A DNA stretch of 64,000 nucleotides, from the IMG/VR virus record IMGVR_UViG_3300031993_000017. The stretch is one strand, 5' to 3'. Made by a program: the position numbers and the translations under genes. Under the pieces are notes generated by a model. That model saw only the letters and a program-made list of their open reading frames with translations. It did not search any database and was not told the origin of the DNA. This document shows positions 36,414-46,407 of the stretch, in pieces (the stretch's first letter is position 1; each line of letters starts with the position of its first letter). This stretch comes from a virus. Its lineage: Duplodnaviria; Caudoviricetes.

Positions 36414-37910
36414 TTAGTATTCTTCTGTGTTATCTTGTGATACATTGATGTCCCAACTAGCAACTTCTGCACCAGTTCGTGGAAGTACTTCTGATAATAT
36501 TTCAATCAATGCTTCCTTGAAATCAGACCTATCATCTACACCCAAATTCTTGAGAAGGTCTACAACAGAACTAGCTTGATTGAGTGCTTGATCTCTCTTG
36601 TCAAATTGAACGGTGCTCTGAATAGTGATAATCGGATTCATGTGAAGCTGGAACTTATCTACAAAGCCTTTCATTCCACGGCGTACAAAATACTTATTGA
36701 GAGCTTCCCTCCATCCTTCCATGTAAGCAGTTTCAAGACGCTGCAAACTGTTAGCATACAGAGCAGATCTCTGAGACATAACAGCTCCGGCTCCACCTAA
36801 TCCTTCATTAGACGAATAGTTCATAGCCTCCTTAGGAACACCTAATACAGACAACTTTTTGTTCTGATAATAATCTAGAAGCTTGTTATCTGCTTCGGTA
36901 GCTTCTGCCATGTTTAAGTCAGTTACACTGATTGCATCGTTACCGTTTATCTTAGGAACATATATCAGGTTGTTAGGACTCTGAGGGTTCACGAAGCTTT
37001 GAATGTCTCCTGTAGCAGTGTTTAACGAAAGCTGTTGTTCAATAGTATCCTTGACCTGTTGAAGTGTATTTCGTATCTCTTCTTCAACAGTACCACACTC
37101 TACATTTATGAACTTGATTGTTCGATTCAATGAAGATAAAACTACTGCGTCTTCCAACAGATTCAAAGTCTGTGTAGGTGTAACTGCACTCTCCATCAGA
37201 GGATCCGCAAACTTGATATCGTATTCGTATGTGTTGCCATCACCATCTGTAGTAGATACTTTGTAATCTCCGAGCATACCGCCTAACGCAAAATGTATAA
37301 CCGAACTTTCAGGAAACAGCGTAGTTCTATCGAATGTATCATTTTCGTCAGGATCAATCAAAAATCCTTCAGGCTCTCCCTGATACCAAAGATGCAAGAT
37401 ATCTTCTGGAGGTATCTTAGTAGAGGGAATGATGTCATATGTGTCATCTAAAACCGTATTACCGTCTAAAGCTACTCCGTGACGAATTACATCTCCAGAC
37501 TCACGTTTGTATATGTCCGTTGTTGGAATATACAAGTTTCCAATAGTAGCAAGCTCTAATATGTGGTCTCTAGCGTAGTTATTGATTTTCCATCTTCTGA
37601 ACAAGTCATTTACTACCTGTGCGACTTCTCCGTCTTGCTCAGCATCTATAGGCGTAGCCCATATGATGTCTCCACCAGTGTTAACAGTAGTAGCGTCTGT
37701 AGCGTAATAAGAAAGTGCTGTTGCAATCTGTGAATCAGTTGCTAGAGATCTCATCGTGTTTATGCGTGTTCGAATAGTAGCGAAGCAAGAAAGCCCTCTT
37801 GCATCAGAAATTCGATACATTGAACCACTGACAATATTTCGTATCCAAGAGATAGAAGGTCTGTTACTATTCAAAAGAAGTTTAGACACCCAATTTCTAA
37901 CTGAAGCCAT
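36414..37910 (-). CDS. Portal protein (T4 gp20-like)
   Basis: MRSLATDSQIATALSYYATDAT, LNLLEDAVVL, DYYQNKKLSVLGVPK; 498 aa; downstream of terminase. Confidence 0.8.
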   Translation of the reverse strand: MASVRNWVSKLLLNSNRPSISWIRNIVSGSMYRISDARGLSCFATIRTRINTMRSLATDSQIATALSYYATDATTVNTGGDIIWATPIDAEQDGEVAQVVNDLFRRWKINNYARDHILELATIGNLYIPTTDIYKRESGDVIRHGVALDGNTVLDDTYDIIPSTKIPPEDILHLWYQGEPEGFLIDPDENDTFDRTTLFPESSVIHFALGGMLGDYKVSTTDGDGNTYEYDIKFADPLMESAVTPTQTLNLLEDAVVLSSLNRTIKFINVECGTVEEEIRNTLQQVKDTIEQQLSLNTATGDIQSFVNPQSPNNLIYVPKINGNDAISVTDLNMAEATEADNKLLDYYQNKKLSVLGVPKEAMNYSSNEGLGGAGAVMSQRSALYANSLQRLETAYMEGWREALNKYFVRRGMKGFVDKFQLHMNPIITIQSTVQFDKRDQALNQASSVVDLLKNLGVDDRSDFKEALIEILSEVLPRTGAEVASWDINVSQDNTEEY

Positions 37911-37946
37911 CTTTTCTCACTCCTTTATCCTTACTTTATGTTGTAA

Positions 37947-39512
37947 TCATTTAAGGTAAGATTCCAAATCTTCATCAATTGAATATCTAGAGAAAAATGT
38001 GTTTTCATCTAAAATAGTTAAACCTTTGTCTCTAGCGTACTTAATAGCTCTACCGTCTATATTCATCTGCGTGCCACCTACAACTACTACGTTGCAATCT
38101 TCGACTTTATTCACATAAGATCCGGAGTAGCTAGCAATAATGCTGTAGATATCCTGAGCAGTTCCGTGCAAGAAATCCCCAGTTATAAATGCTTTCACGT
38201 TTCTAAGAACAGGAGCTCCATTAAATTGCTTGTTGGTGTTACAAATGATGATGTTCTTATTGTTGAGTAGCTTCTCAATATCTTTTAAGTTACGCTCGTC
38301 CTTTGCCCACACTACAAGATTAGATACTTCTGGAATGTCACTATTTTTAGCAAGCACCCCAGGATTAGAAATCTGATACATCAGGTTATCTGGATTGTTG
38401 TAGCATCTATTGCATAACAATTTGATAGAGTTATAATCTGCTACAACATCTCTAGGAATAATTCCATACAGAAGTGTAGGTAAATCAATACTGGTTGTGT
38501 AATTATATTCCGGAAGATTCAGTACATCTGGAATTGAAAAGTCACGGCCGTAATCTTTGCAAACACTCTGATATTTCTCATAACTGATTTTAGGAAGTTT
38601 GTATGCGCAAAGCATGTTGTTAACAGGAATGAACAGACGAGAGTTGCAATGAGGGTCTGTACATATTGTATCTGTTCCAAAACGAGGAACAAACATGTTC
38701 CCACAAACAGGGCATTTAATAGACTCTTGCTTGTTCTGTACACTAGACATTCCGTTCTTGTAAGAATGGATAACTTCACCGTAGTAATCTATCAAAAGCG
38801 CCGTACCTTTCTCTACACAATACCGGTTTACACACTGGTTGTAATCGATGGTCATGTTGTCATTTATCTTCATCAAGATATGACCATGATAATCAGTACA
38901 CTGAGAAAATGACTTAACTACTTCTATTCTCATATCTGCAGGATGGTAGGTAGGCTTTCCATTAGAATAAACACAGTAACCTGCTATGAGCGGGAAGTCA
39001 AAATACTTATCTTCACCAAGGAACTTCTCTAAGCGTGAGCGGAAGTTTTCTTCTTGCAACACTTCACTAGACAACGGAGTCCCTGGAAGAAGATTGAATC
39101 CAGATGCAGCTAACCACTGTCTAGCTGCTAAAGATCCTTGGAAAACAGCTGCTAAACTCTTAACTGAGTATGCAGCAAAGACGAACTTATCAGGGGACTT
39201 AAGAAACGCTTTCTTAAGATCTGGATATATACATTCGGGGAGTATTCCGTCTTTATCCAGGAAAGAATGAACTCTTGTATAGAATACACCACTTACCCAA
39301 GTTCTTCCACCCGTTACGAGAAGGGTTCTAGGAACAAGTCCTTTCTCTAAAACTATCTTCATGTACTCTTGGCTGACATCTTCATCACCTTCAGTAGATC
39401 CATGAAGTATTTTTTCTATTCTACCTTTTGTATCATACTGCAATGTGATGAGAATACCTACAGGTACAACTGAGACATACTCACAATTTGAAAGAAAGTT
39501 TCTCACAAACAT
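37947..39512 (-). CDS. Degenerate NAD-dependent DNA ligase-like protein (adenylation fold, Zn finger, BRCT)
   Basis: GILITLQYDTKGRI...GDEDVS, CPVCG...CTDPHC, C-terminal BRCT (FITGDF...GS.V...VVVG...A...GL.IL.E..F); no KxDG lysine. Confidence 0.65.
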   Translation of the reverse strand: MFVRNFLSNCEYVSVVPVGILITLQYDTKGRIEKILHGSTEGDEDVSQEYMKIVLEKGLVPRTLLVTGGRTWVSGVFYTRVHSFLDKDGILPECIYPDLKKAFLKSPDKFVFAAYSVKSLAAVFQGSLAARQWLAASGFNLLPGTPLSSEVLQEENFRSRLEKFLGEDKYFDFPLIAGYCVYSNGKPTYHPADMRIEVVKSFSQCTDYHGHILMKINDNMTIDYNQCVNRYCVEKGTALLIDYYGEVIHSYKNGMSSVQNKQESIKCPVCGNMFVPRFGTDTICTDPHCNSRLFIPVNNMLCAYKLPKISYEKYQSVCKDYGRDFSIPDVLNLPEYNYTTSIDLPTLLYGIIPRDVVADYNSIKLLCNRCYNNPDNLMYQISNPGVLAKNSDIPEVSNLVVWAKDERNLKDIEKLLNNKNIIICNTNKQFNGAPVLRNVKAFITGDFLHGTAQDIYSIIASYSGSYVNKVEDCNVVVVGGTQMNIDGRAIKYARDKGLTILDENTFFSRYSIDEDLESYLK

Positions 39513-39529
39513 ACTATAAACCTCCGAAT

Positions 39530-41842
39530 TTAATATTTTTTAATACCAGGGAACATCATACCGCCGAGTGTGACGGAGTTTCTAGAAGGCCTTGGTTGAT
39601 TAACACTTGCAATAGCTCCTGCAACCGATTTTGCTTTGACAGGAACATCAGGATTCTTCATTATTGCGTTCCATACACTTCCTGCGAATGAGTCGGATAC
39701 GTCCTTTGACCGTCCGATTGTGTGGTCAATTTTTCCGCTAGCTGCATCTCTTTGAAGATGAATCAATTCATCTTGTAAGAATTGACAATCTAGCATATCA
39801 ATACGCTTTTCTATCAGCACAGTACGAAGTGCCATGTATCCGTCAGGAGTTCTATCTAGAGATATTTTTGGAGAATCAAATCCCTGTGCTTCAAGTAACT
39901 CACCTAAATATTCACTCTGGAACTGGTCTCGGCTTATACTCTGTATATTGAACCCTTGTTTTCGCAACCATTTGATAAATACTAATATTTTATTGTAAGG
40001 AATTTTATCGCCTCTCGGTGCTTCAAGTGATACTGAAAACAGATGTGTAAATGAAATCTGCGAGATTGTATTACCATCTAAATCTTGCATATCTTTTGCA
40101 CCGGTTACAGCAACAGCCGAAATACCAGTTTTGTCTGTGTTTAATGATAAGTCTAAGTGAATATATACAGGACAGCTGTAGTCTCGCTTATCTGTATACT
40201 CTAGGTGGAAAAATTCTTCAATTGAGAGCGTATCTTTTGTTCCAATCTGAAGAATATCATTGATAAATGGATTCTTCCTAGTCCCAATACAATTATCTAA
40301 TATATCTTGTGTAATGAATGATAATGATCCAGGAACTGTGATGCCTGCAATATCACGAAGTGCTATATCAAAATCTGCAATGAAATCAGATCGCATATCA
40401 ATAGGCGGGTGCATGAGCGTGTAGCCTTGTGCTTCAAGCTCATGCAAACTCTCTTCATTATCTTGATTTTCAGGTACTACAAATCCTTTCTTATATCTAT
40501 CACCAACAGCAATAGTGAACGTTTCTTCATGGAACATACTTTTCGGAAGCACTTCCCATTGTGGTGCATCGGAAATATACATATGATCGCCTGCACCAGC
40601 TTCCAGCTGTTGTTTCATATACAATTCCATGAAGTCTGAATCGCTTCGTTTAGAACTCACTGCAAAAATCTTACCATGAACTTCTCCCTCAACACGGAAT
40701 GTACCCTTTACACGAGTAGCAACGGTGTTGTACAGTTCTGCCATGTGCTGCTTTGCTTTCATGACATCTTTTACACCAGCTTTGCTGAAGTTCATTTCAT
40801 CGCAATTATGAGATATTACATTACAAGTATTTCCAGCAATTACAAAATTATGTGTTTCTTCAACACCTACAATATCATATACAGGTATCGGATCGTCGTA
40901 ATAAATAACTTCAGATTTACGCAATCTAACACCAGAATCTGTAAAATAATCATCATCTGTTAAATCACGTAACATCTTATAACTACCATCTGAAAGCATA
41001 ATACGATGTTCAGGTGTACCTTCAATAACAGTTCCATCATCAAGTGTGATTCTAACTGTATCCGTGACGTACTTTGTTAATTTAACATCGTCAAACTTCC
41101 GATATCCGCCTGAAGATGCTACAAGAACATTTGAATTGTCAGACGAATACAACTCTTCTAATGTATGAACACCATCTGATGTAACTACATTTGTACTACC
41201 TACAAGACAAAATCCGACAAACACCTGTTTTCCTAACGCATTTTGTCCAGATGATCCGTAATCAACAACAATCTTATCTCCTTCAGGAATGTAAAAGAAA
41301 TCATTTTCACTTCTACTAAACTTGCCATGTTGGTTGAACCAGTCTGTAGCTTTCAATGTATCATTGAACTCACGAAAACCTACGTCTTTTGCTTGATCCT
41401 TTGTAATATTGAAGAAAAGAACGCTAAACTTCGACACATCCTTCTTTCCGTAATACTGCTGCGGATTTCTCAAACACATAAGTTTGTAGAGCATGTATGC
41501 TGTTCCAGTGATGGCTGTAGAAGATTTTCCAATTCGAGTTGCTCCTGTAAAGAAACATTCTTCGTATTTGTTACCTGCGTGGAAAATGTTGCGAAGTTCT
41601 GTCCTCCAAAATGGATACACAGCTGCTCCGTTTCTATTAGTTTTACCTAAGTACAAATCAGATTCAATAAAAGTGTCAATATCTACTGGAATTTCTTTGT
41701 AATCAGATAACCAGATTTGCTCATAGGTCTTTGAGTATCCCTCATCGACAAGTTCCTGCAAGATACATCTCAGATAATATTTTTCTTTTTCATTACAAGA
41801 ATCATAAATACCTGCGATTCTTGCAGGCAAGGATAAATCCAT
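39530..41842 (-). CDS. terL: Terminase large subunit with mini-intein
   Basis: Walker A TGATRIGKSS, Walker B (VFVGF|CDE after splicing), nuclease HLDLS...DQFQS...IDH...SKDVSDS. Confidence 0.9.
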   Translation of the reverse strand: MDLSLPARIAGIYDSCNEKEKYYLRCILQELVDEGYSKTYEQIWLSDYKEIPVDIDTFIESDLYLGKTNRNGAAVYPFWRTELRNIFHAGNKYEECFFTGATRIGKSSTAITGTAYMLYKLMCLRNPQQYYGKKDVSKFSVLFFNITKDQAKDVGFREFNDTLKATDWFNQHGKFSRSENDFFYIPEGDKIVVDYGSSGQNALGKQVFVGFCLVGSTNVVTSDGVHTLEELYSSDNSNVLVASSGGYRKFDDVKLTKYVTDTVRITLDDGTVIEGTPEHRIMLSDGSYKMLRDLTDDDYFTDSGVRLRKSEVIYYDDPIPVYDIVGVEETHNFVIAGNTCNVISHNCDEMNFSKAGVKDVMKAKQHMAELYNTVATRVKGTFRVEGEVHGKIFAVSSKRSDSDFMELYMKQQLEAGAGDHMYISDAPQWEVLPKSMFHEETFTIAVGDRYKKGFVVPENQDNEESLHELEAQGYTLMHPPIDMRSDFIADFDIALRDIAGITVPGSLSFITQDILDNCIGTRKNPFINDILQIGTKDTLSIEEFFHLEYTDKRDYSCPVYIHLDLSLNTDKTGISAVAVTGAKDMQDLDGNTISQISFTHLFSVSLEAPRGDKIPYNKILVFIKWLRKQGFNIQSISRDQFQSEYLGELLEAQGFDSPKISLDRTPDGYMALRTVLIEKRIDMLDCQFLQDELIHLQRDAASGKIDHTIGRSKDVSDSFAGSVWNAIMKNPDVPVKAKSVAGAIASVNQPRPSRNSVTLGGMMFPGIKKY
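40805..41209 (-). mobile_element. Mini-intein (135 aa) in terminase Walker B
   Basis: CLVGSTNV...GTPEHRI...VYDIVGVEETHNF...SHN|C. Confidence 0.92.
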
Positions 41843-42367
41843 TTATCCCTCACTCGCTTTCTGTTCTTTTTGAATATCACTTAATACTGACTGTGCTGCA
41901 ACTCGAATCTTATCACGACTGCTCTTAGGAAGAACATGAAGTTCAGTCATATTCGAACCTTCTTCTTCAACGATATCAAATTCTGGGAGCATCGAACTGA
42001 TGTCCAGATAAGGCTGAAGTATCTTATGACTTTCAATCATTGTAGTTTGTAATGCGCTTTGCATACGCATCAATGACATCCAAGCGTCTTCATCTGTTAC
42101 ATCCATTGTATCAAGTCGATAATCGAGGGCTTCATACAACTTTGCCTCTATTTTATCCATCATTTCTGTATATCTTATGATTTTGGAAAGCTGATGGTAT
42201 ATTCTTAAAGCTGTTATCTGGTCAATGGCATGTTTAGCAGTACCTGAATTATTTACATCAGAACACGCAATAAGGGAAGTTCGCATCTTAGACACGACTT
42301 CCCGTTGTTTAGCAATTAGCGGATCTGACACACTTGGTATGCCATCAACGGTTTTGATGTCATTCAT
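41843..42367 (-). CDS. Probable terminase small subunit
   Basis: Helical 174-aa ORF abutting the terL start; positional call. Confidence 0.45.
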   Translation of the reverse strand: MNDIKTVDGIPSVSDPLIAKQREVVSKMRTSLIACSDVNNSGTAKHAIDQITALRIYHQLSKIIRYTEMMDKIEAKLYEALDYRLDTMDVTDEDAWMSLMRMQSALQTTMIESHKILQPYLDISSMLPEFDIVEEEGSNMTELHVLPKSSRDKIRVAAQSVLSDIQKEQKASEG

Positions 42368-42406
42368 ACTGATCTCTCCTGAATATTGAATTGTTTAGTT
42401 TTGTGT

Positions 42407-42673
42407 TTAGTTCTTTAAATCAAGTAAGATAACACTCAGATTTGCAATAGCATCTTTAGCTGAAGCATCGCCGTCAATAGCTGCAGGGCCTAATGCATCA
42501 ATAGCTGATTTGATGTACTTGCAAGCATCAGATGTTTTAGAGGATGATTTAACTACCGATCTTAATGGAACACCGGCAGGATTCATTGCAGAAGCCTTAG
42601 TTTCTTGCGGCCTCGTTGAACTGGACTTGATTGCTACCTTCTTTGTAGATTTATCATTCTTCGTTATCTTCAT
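42407..42673 (-). CDS. Small basic protein with repeated (I/V)KSS motifs
   Basis: 88-aa ORF, SD GAGGTG. Confidence 0.7.
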   Translation of the reverse strand: MKITKNDKSTKKVAIKSSSTRPQETKASAMNPAGVPLRSVVKSSSKTSDACKYIKSAIDALGPAAIDGDASAKDAIANLSVILLDLKN

Positions 42674-42968
42674 TCTGTATCACCTCATTTACTTTATCAA
42701 TCTTTACATAGTAAGTATTACTACTGTTAAGCAATTCATCAAATTCATCGAATGCTCCTAGCAAATCTTCATCCTCATGAATTGTATTTGTGCAAGATAA
42801 TCTTAGACGAGACAGTTGAAATTTGACTTCACTCAAGTTAGGACAAGTCTGGAAACAAGCTATCTCCAAATCAGCTATTTTCACAACAGTATTATAATCC
42901 CATATGTAGTTTCTTAGTATCTTATATAATTCTACATATGCATTTTGTAAATCAATGTTGCTTATCAA
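42654..42968 (-). CDS. Hypothetical protein
   Basis: 104-aa ORF. Confidence 0.65.
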   Translation of the reverse strand: MISNIDLQNAYVELYKILRNYIWDYNTVVKIADLEIACFQTCPNLSEVKFQLSRLRLSCTNTIHEDEDLLGAFDEFDELLNSSNTYYVKIDKVNEVIQNEDNEE

Positions 42969-43218
42969 TGGATTCTAGCTCCTCTCTAGTGCTTCTTATT
43001 GCATTACCAATACTAGTTAATGACATCAAATTGTTGTCTACAAAAAACCTCATCTCATTATCAATATTAGAATCTTGCACCGCTAGAACGTAACTTGTAA
43101 AAAATTCTTCAAAAGATATATAAGGTAGATTCTTTATGTCATTCTTTATGGTTTGAAGCATCTTCTTTGTATACTCTCTCAACAATTTGAAAATATGGCA
43201 ATATGTCCTTAGGCACAT
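42952..43218 (-). CDS. Hypothetical protein (start uncertain)
   Basis: ORF fills the gap between neighbours. Confidence 0.5.
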   Translation of the reverse strand: MCLRTYCHIFKLLREYTKKMLQTIKNDIKNLPYISFEEFFTSYVLAVQDSNIDNEMRFFVDNNLMSLTSIGNAIRSTREELESIDKQH

Positions 43219-43486
43219 CTTTTACGGATTTCTTCTTAGATATTCGAACATCATAATACCACTGAAGAGATTCAATGCTTATTCGGAGTTCGTCTAAAGT
43301 AGGAATCTTTATTATTTCCCCGCCTGCATATCTGGAAAGCAGCAGCAGTTTTTCATGACCTAATATAGAAAATAGTTCGGGAAGGTCTGTGTAAAGCGGT
43401 TCATTATGCAAAGGAGGCATCAATTCTAACAAGTAGTGAAAATCTAACTCCTCTGTGATAGGCAAGCTAGCGGTTTTTTCTTTCAT
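43139..43486 (-). CDS. Mor-like transcription regulator fragment
   Basis: ILGHEKLLLLSRYAGGEIIKIP resembles the Mor/C dimerisation motif (IG.E...KL...FGG..IYIP). Confidence 0.5.
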   Translation of the reverse strand: MKEKTASLPITEELDFHYLLELMPPLHNEPLYTDLPELFSILGHEKLLLLSRYAGGEIIKIPTLDELRISIESLQWYYDVRISKKKSVKDVPKDILPYFQIVERVYKEDASNHKE

Positions 43487-43497
43487 ACATCATACCA

Positions 43498-44187
43498 TCA
43501 TAGATCGGAAGAGAACACAATTGCATTATAAGTTCTAGCGAACCTACTAAATTTCCAGTTTGAACATATTTCAGTTACTTTAGAAATAGTTGCATCCATC
43601 ACGCTATTCAAGTTTATATCGTCTTTGTAGTATATCCATAACTCTGATCCTGAAAGAGTTACGCGTCTAACTCCAGCAGATTGTTCGTTTTCATTCAAGC
43701 AACGCTCTATCTCATCAGTGTCTATTCGGCAAGTAACATCAGATAAGATATCTACAGATTCGGAAATTTCGTCAGATGCATCTTCAGATGTTTGAGTCTC
43801 TGAGGTATCTGACAGTTCTTCAGATTTTTCCTCATCAAATGTTGCACCTTCATTTGCATCAGGAACACCCATATCAGAAAGTCTAGAAAAATCAGATGAA
43901 GATGAATGACGAGGACTAGGATTAGACGAATCGTGAGTACGTTCAGGGGCAGGCGTTCTGTTGTCTCGGTCAGATCTACTACTTGATTCACGGCTAAATG
44001 GCTCTTTAGGTTCAGACGGTTGAACTGCCTCTCGATGCTCTTTAGCTTCCTTCAAGAAGTCATCGTCTAAGTAAGATCTGAGCTGTTGAACTAACTCACC
44101 GTTCAATGGATCTACAAGCGCTTTAGTTATCTTATCTTGATTTTTACTAGCCGCAAACATCTTACTAGCATATATTCTTTCTAGCAC
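43498..44187 (-). CDS. Hypothetical protein with disordered Ser/acidic centre
   Basis: 229-aa ORF, GTG start, SD GGAGGT. Confidence 0.7.
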   Translation of the reverse strand: MLERIYASKMFAASKNQDKITKALVDPLNGELVQQLRSYLDDDFLKEAKEHREAVQPSEPKEPFSRESSSRSDRDNRTPAPERTHDSSNPSPRHSSSSDFSRLSDMGVPDANEGATFDEEKSEELSDTSETQTSEDASDEISESVDILSDVTCRIDTDEIERCLNENEQSAGVRRVTLSGSELWIYYKDDINLNSVMDATISKVTEICSNWKFSRFARTYNAIVFSSDL

Positions 44188-44203
44188 GTATATCTACCTC
44201 CAA

Positions 44204-45334
44204 TCAAAAACCGCCACGATAAAAATCTTCTTCGTACTTCTTTATCACATAATCTAGTTCATATTTATTAGATCCATAAAGTAACACAGGGTCAGGATCT
44301 GGATCTCCAGGAAGCGGATCTACTGATATTCGTATGTTATCACTATAGTCCCGTCCAGCTAGATAATCCTGTATATCGACATATCTTGCATTATCTTGTA
44401 CCCACTTAGGTAAAGTTTTAAGAAATTTATATTCGTCAAAATCAATCTTTTTAGCATCCGTAGATCTAGCAACTCGCTCCTCCTCTAGCTCAATATTCTT
44501 ACACGGACCTATGATAGCATTGTATATCATATCATGTATCCTTTGTCTACTAGATTTAAAATTTTCTTCCAAGCTCTTTCGGATGTTTAATTTTATAGTA
44601 AAATACTTTCGTAAAGATCTTCCGTAAGGGCTCCAACTTCCCCAACATCCTAGTCTATTGTTTCTAGCGAGTCGTTGAACTACACCATCGGGATCAGCAT
44701 CCTGGTCACAGAATTTAATCACTATAGTAAACTCATAAGTAGATCCGTTAGAATCTCTGTTGTATTTATCTTCTTCTAGAGGACCTACAGAAAAACTAAC
44801 AAGGTCAGTTATCTGTTGAGCTCTTGCTATGAGCTTGTTAGCATACTTTTCAATATCAGGATAAAATACTTCAGATACTTCACTCAGCGAAAATTCAAGA
44901 ACTGGACTAGATACATGTGGGACACTCCAACCACGTCTAATTACATACTTAGAGCAATCCCAAGAATCATATATATCACCATTCATAACTGCAACTAAGT
45001 GATTGTTTCTATTGTGGCCGTCATGTACTTCTAGCACATAAGTTCCTGAAGGATTTTGTTCACAAAACTCTTCAACACTGAAAGGTTTAGGCCAAGACGA
45101 TTGATCCATCAAAGGACAACCTTGGTCCTTTAGAAACTTTGCAAACACATTTAAAGTATTATAATTTTCAGTAGTACCGGTCCTCATTTTAGATATGTTA
45201 TTCAGCGATCGTGACACATCGTTGTAATCCCAACCTAACGCAAAACTTATTGCTCGCTTAACGCAATCGGGAGCATTAGTATCTCTTACATTAGCATTGT
45301 AACGTCTAAATGCGCTAAATATATTATGTTTCAT
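44204..45334 (-). CDS. Protein with N-terminal papain-fold (C39-like) peptidase-like domain
   Basis: PDCVKRAIS...NHLVAVMNGDIYDSWD Cys-His-Asp pattern. Confidence 0.6.
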   Translation of the reverse strand: MKHNIFSAFRRYNANVRDTNAPDCVKRAISFALGWDYNDVSRSLNNISKMRTGTTENYNTLNVFAKFLKDQGCPLMDQSSWPKPFSVEEFCEQNPSGTYVLEVHDGHNRNNHLVAVMNGDIYDSWDCSKYVIRRGWSVPHVSSPVLEFSLSEVSEVFYPDIEKYANKLIARAQQITDLVSFSVGPLEEDKYNRDSNGSTYEFTIVIKFCDQDADPDGVVQRLARNNRLGCWGSWSPYGRSLRKYFTIKLNIRKSLEENFKSSRQRIHDMIYNAIIGPCKNIELEEERVARSTDAKKIDFDEYKFLKTLPKWVQDNARYVDIQDYLAGRDYSDNIRISVDPLPGDPDPDPVLLYGSNKYELDYVIKKYEEDFYRGGF

Positions 45335-45743
45335 CGTCAGAGGTCTCCTTATTTCTGTTCATGTATATATAAGGTGTAGCTGGATTATCGTCTTGTATAT
45401 TATATGCGAAATAAAGTGTATTTTCAACCCCAAGTAGACTGTCTACAAATTGAATTCGATATAAGTGATATCCTGCGACTAGATTAAGTTTTTCTGTAGG
45501 AATATCAACCCAATGTCGGCCTTTAACACATACACAGTCTTCAGCGATGTTAGTTTCAGATACTCCACTACCTACCTCTGAAACATATTCAACTGCGGTA
45601 TCAATATAATGTTTTGGCAAGAATACAATGAGCCAGTCTCGTATAGACGATTTATTGAACATAGTAGCATTGTAGCATACTTCATTCTTAGGACTTGCTA
45701 CTAGAACAAAGCTTGCTAAATCATTTATGTTAGGAATTGTCAT
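45324..45743 (-). CDS. Hypothetical protein
   Basis: Likely start MTIPNIN at 45743 after SD GAAGGTG. Confidence 0.65.
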   Translation of the reverse strand: MTIPNINDLASFVLVASPKNEVCYNATMFNKSSIRDWLIVFLPKHYIDTAVEYVSEVGSGVSETNIAEDCVCVKGRHWVDIPTEKLNLVAGYHLYRIQFVDSLLGVENTLYFAYNIQDDNPATPYIYMNRNKETSDDET

Positions 45744-45828
45744 ACAACACCTTCTTTCCAAAGTACGAACCGGTACCTTCCTAACATATAAAAGGTAAGT
45801 ATTCTTGTATTGAATACCTACCCTTTGA

Positions 45829-46401
45829 TTATTTGAAAAGAGATTTGTGTTTTCTTTCAACTAGCTCAAATCTATAACCATTAACTTGATTTTGCGTAGA
45901 TATAGAATATTGTATGTCCTCTTGAGATAATCCATATCTTGATACAATGTCGTCTATGTCGTGAAAAACCTCTAAAGTATCTATATCTCTAATAGATTGA
46001 TGTCCATGCGATCGTCTAACAAGCTCTCCACGGACTACAGCGTTTATGTTTCGTTCTTTAGCAGTTACCCATCGTAGATTTTCAAAATGGTTGTTGGAGC
46101 GATTCCCATCAATGTGATCTACAACCGGTTTGTTTTCAGGATTAGGTACAAACATCAACGCTACAAGTTTATGGACAGCTTTGTATCTAGAGCGTCCGCT
46201 CTTATTTAAAGTGACGCATAAGTATCCATTAGATGCAGTTTGCTTCAGAATCTTTCCATTCAAATGATATACAACTTCACAACTTTTGGTCGGACAGTGC
46301 CGAACATACATCAAGTTACGGCTCAAGCTTCTAATGCGTCCAAATGACGATACTTGGTATATGCCTTCGTAATTCGGAATATCTTTCCAGATCTCTTCCA
46401 T
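45829..46401 (-). CDS. NUMOD4-HNH homing endonuclease
   Basis: EIWKDIPNYEGIYQVSSFGRIRS; VHKLVA...VDHIDGNRSNNHFENLRW. Confidence 0.92.
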   Translation of the reverse strand: MEEIWKDIPNYEGIYQVSSFGRIRSLSRNLMYVRHCPTKSCEVVYHLNGKILKQTASNGYLCVTLNKSGRSRYKAVHKLVALMFVPNPENKPVVDHIDGNRSNNHFENLRWVTAKERNINAVVRGELVRRSHGHQSIRDIDTLEVFHDIDDIVSRYGLSQEDIQYSISTQNQVNGYRFELVERKHKSLFK

Positions 46402-46407
46402 ACTGTA

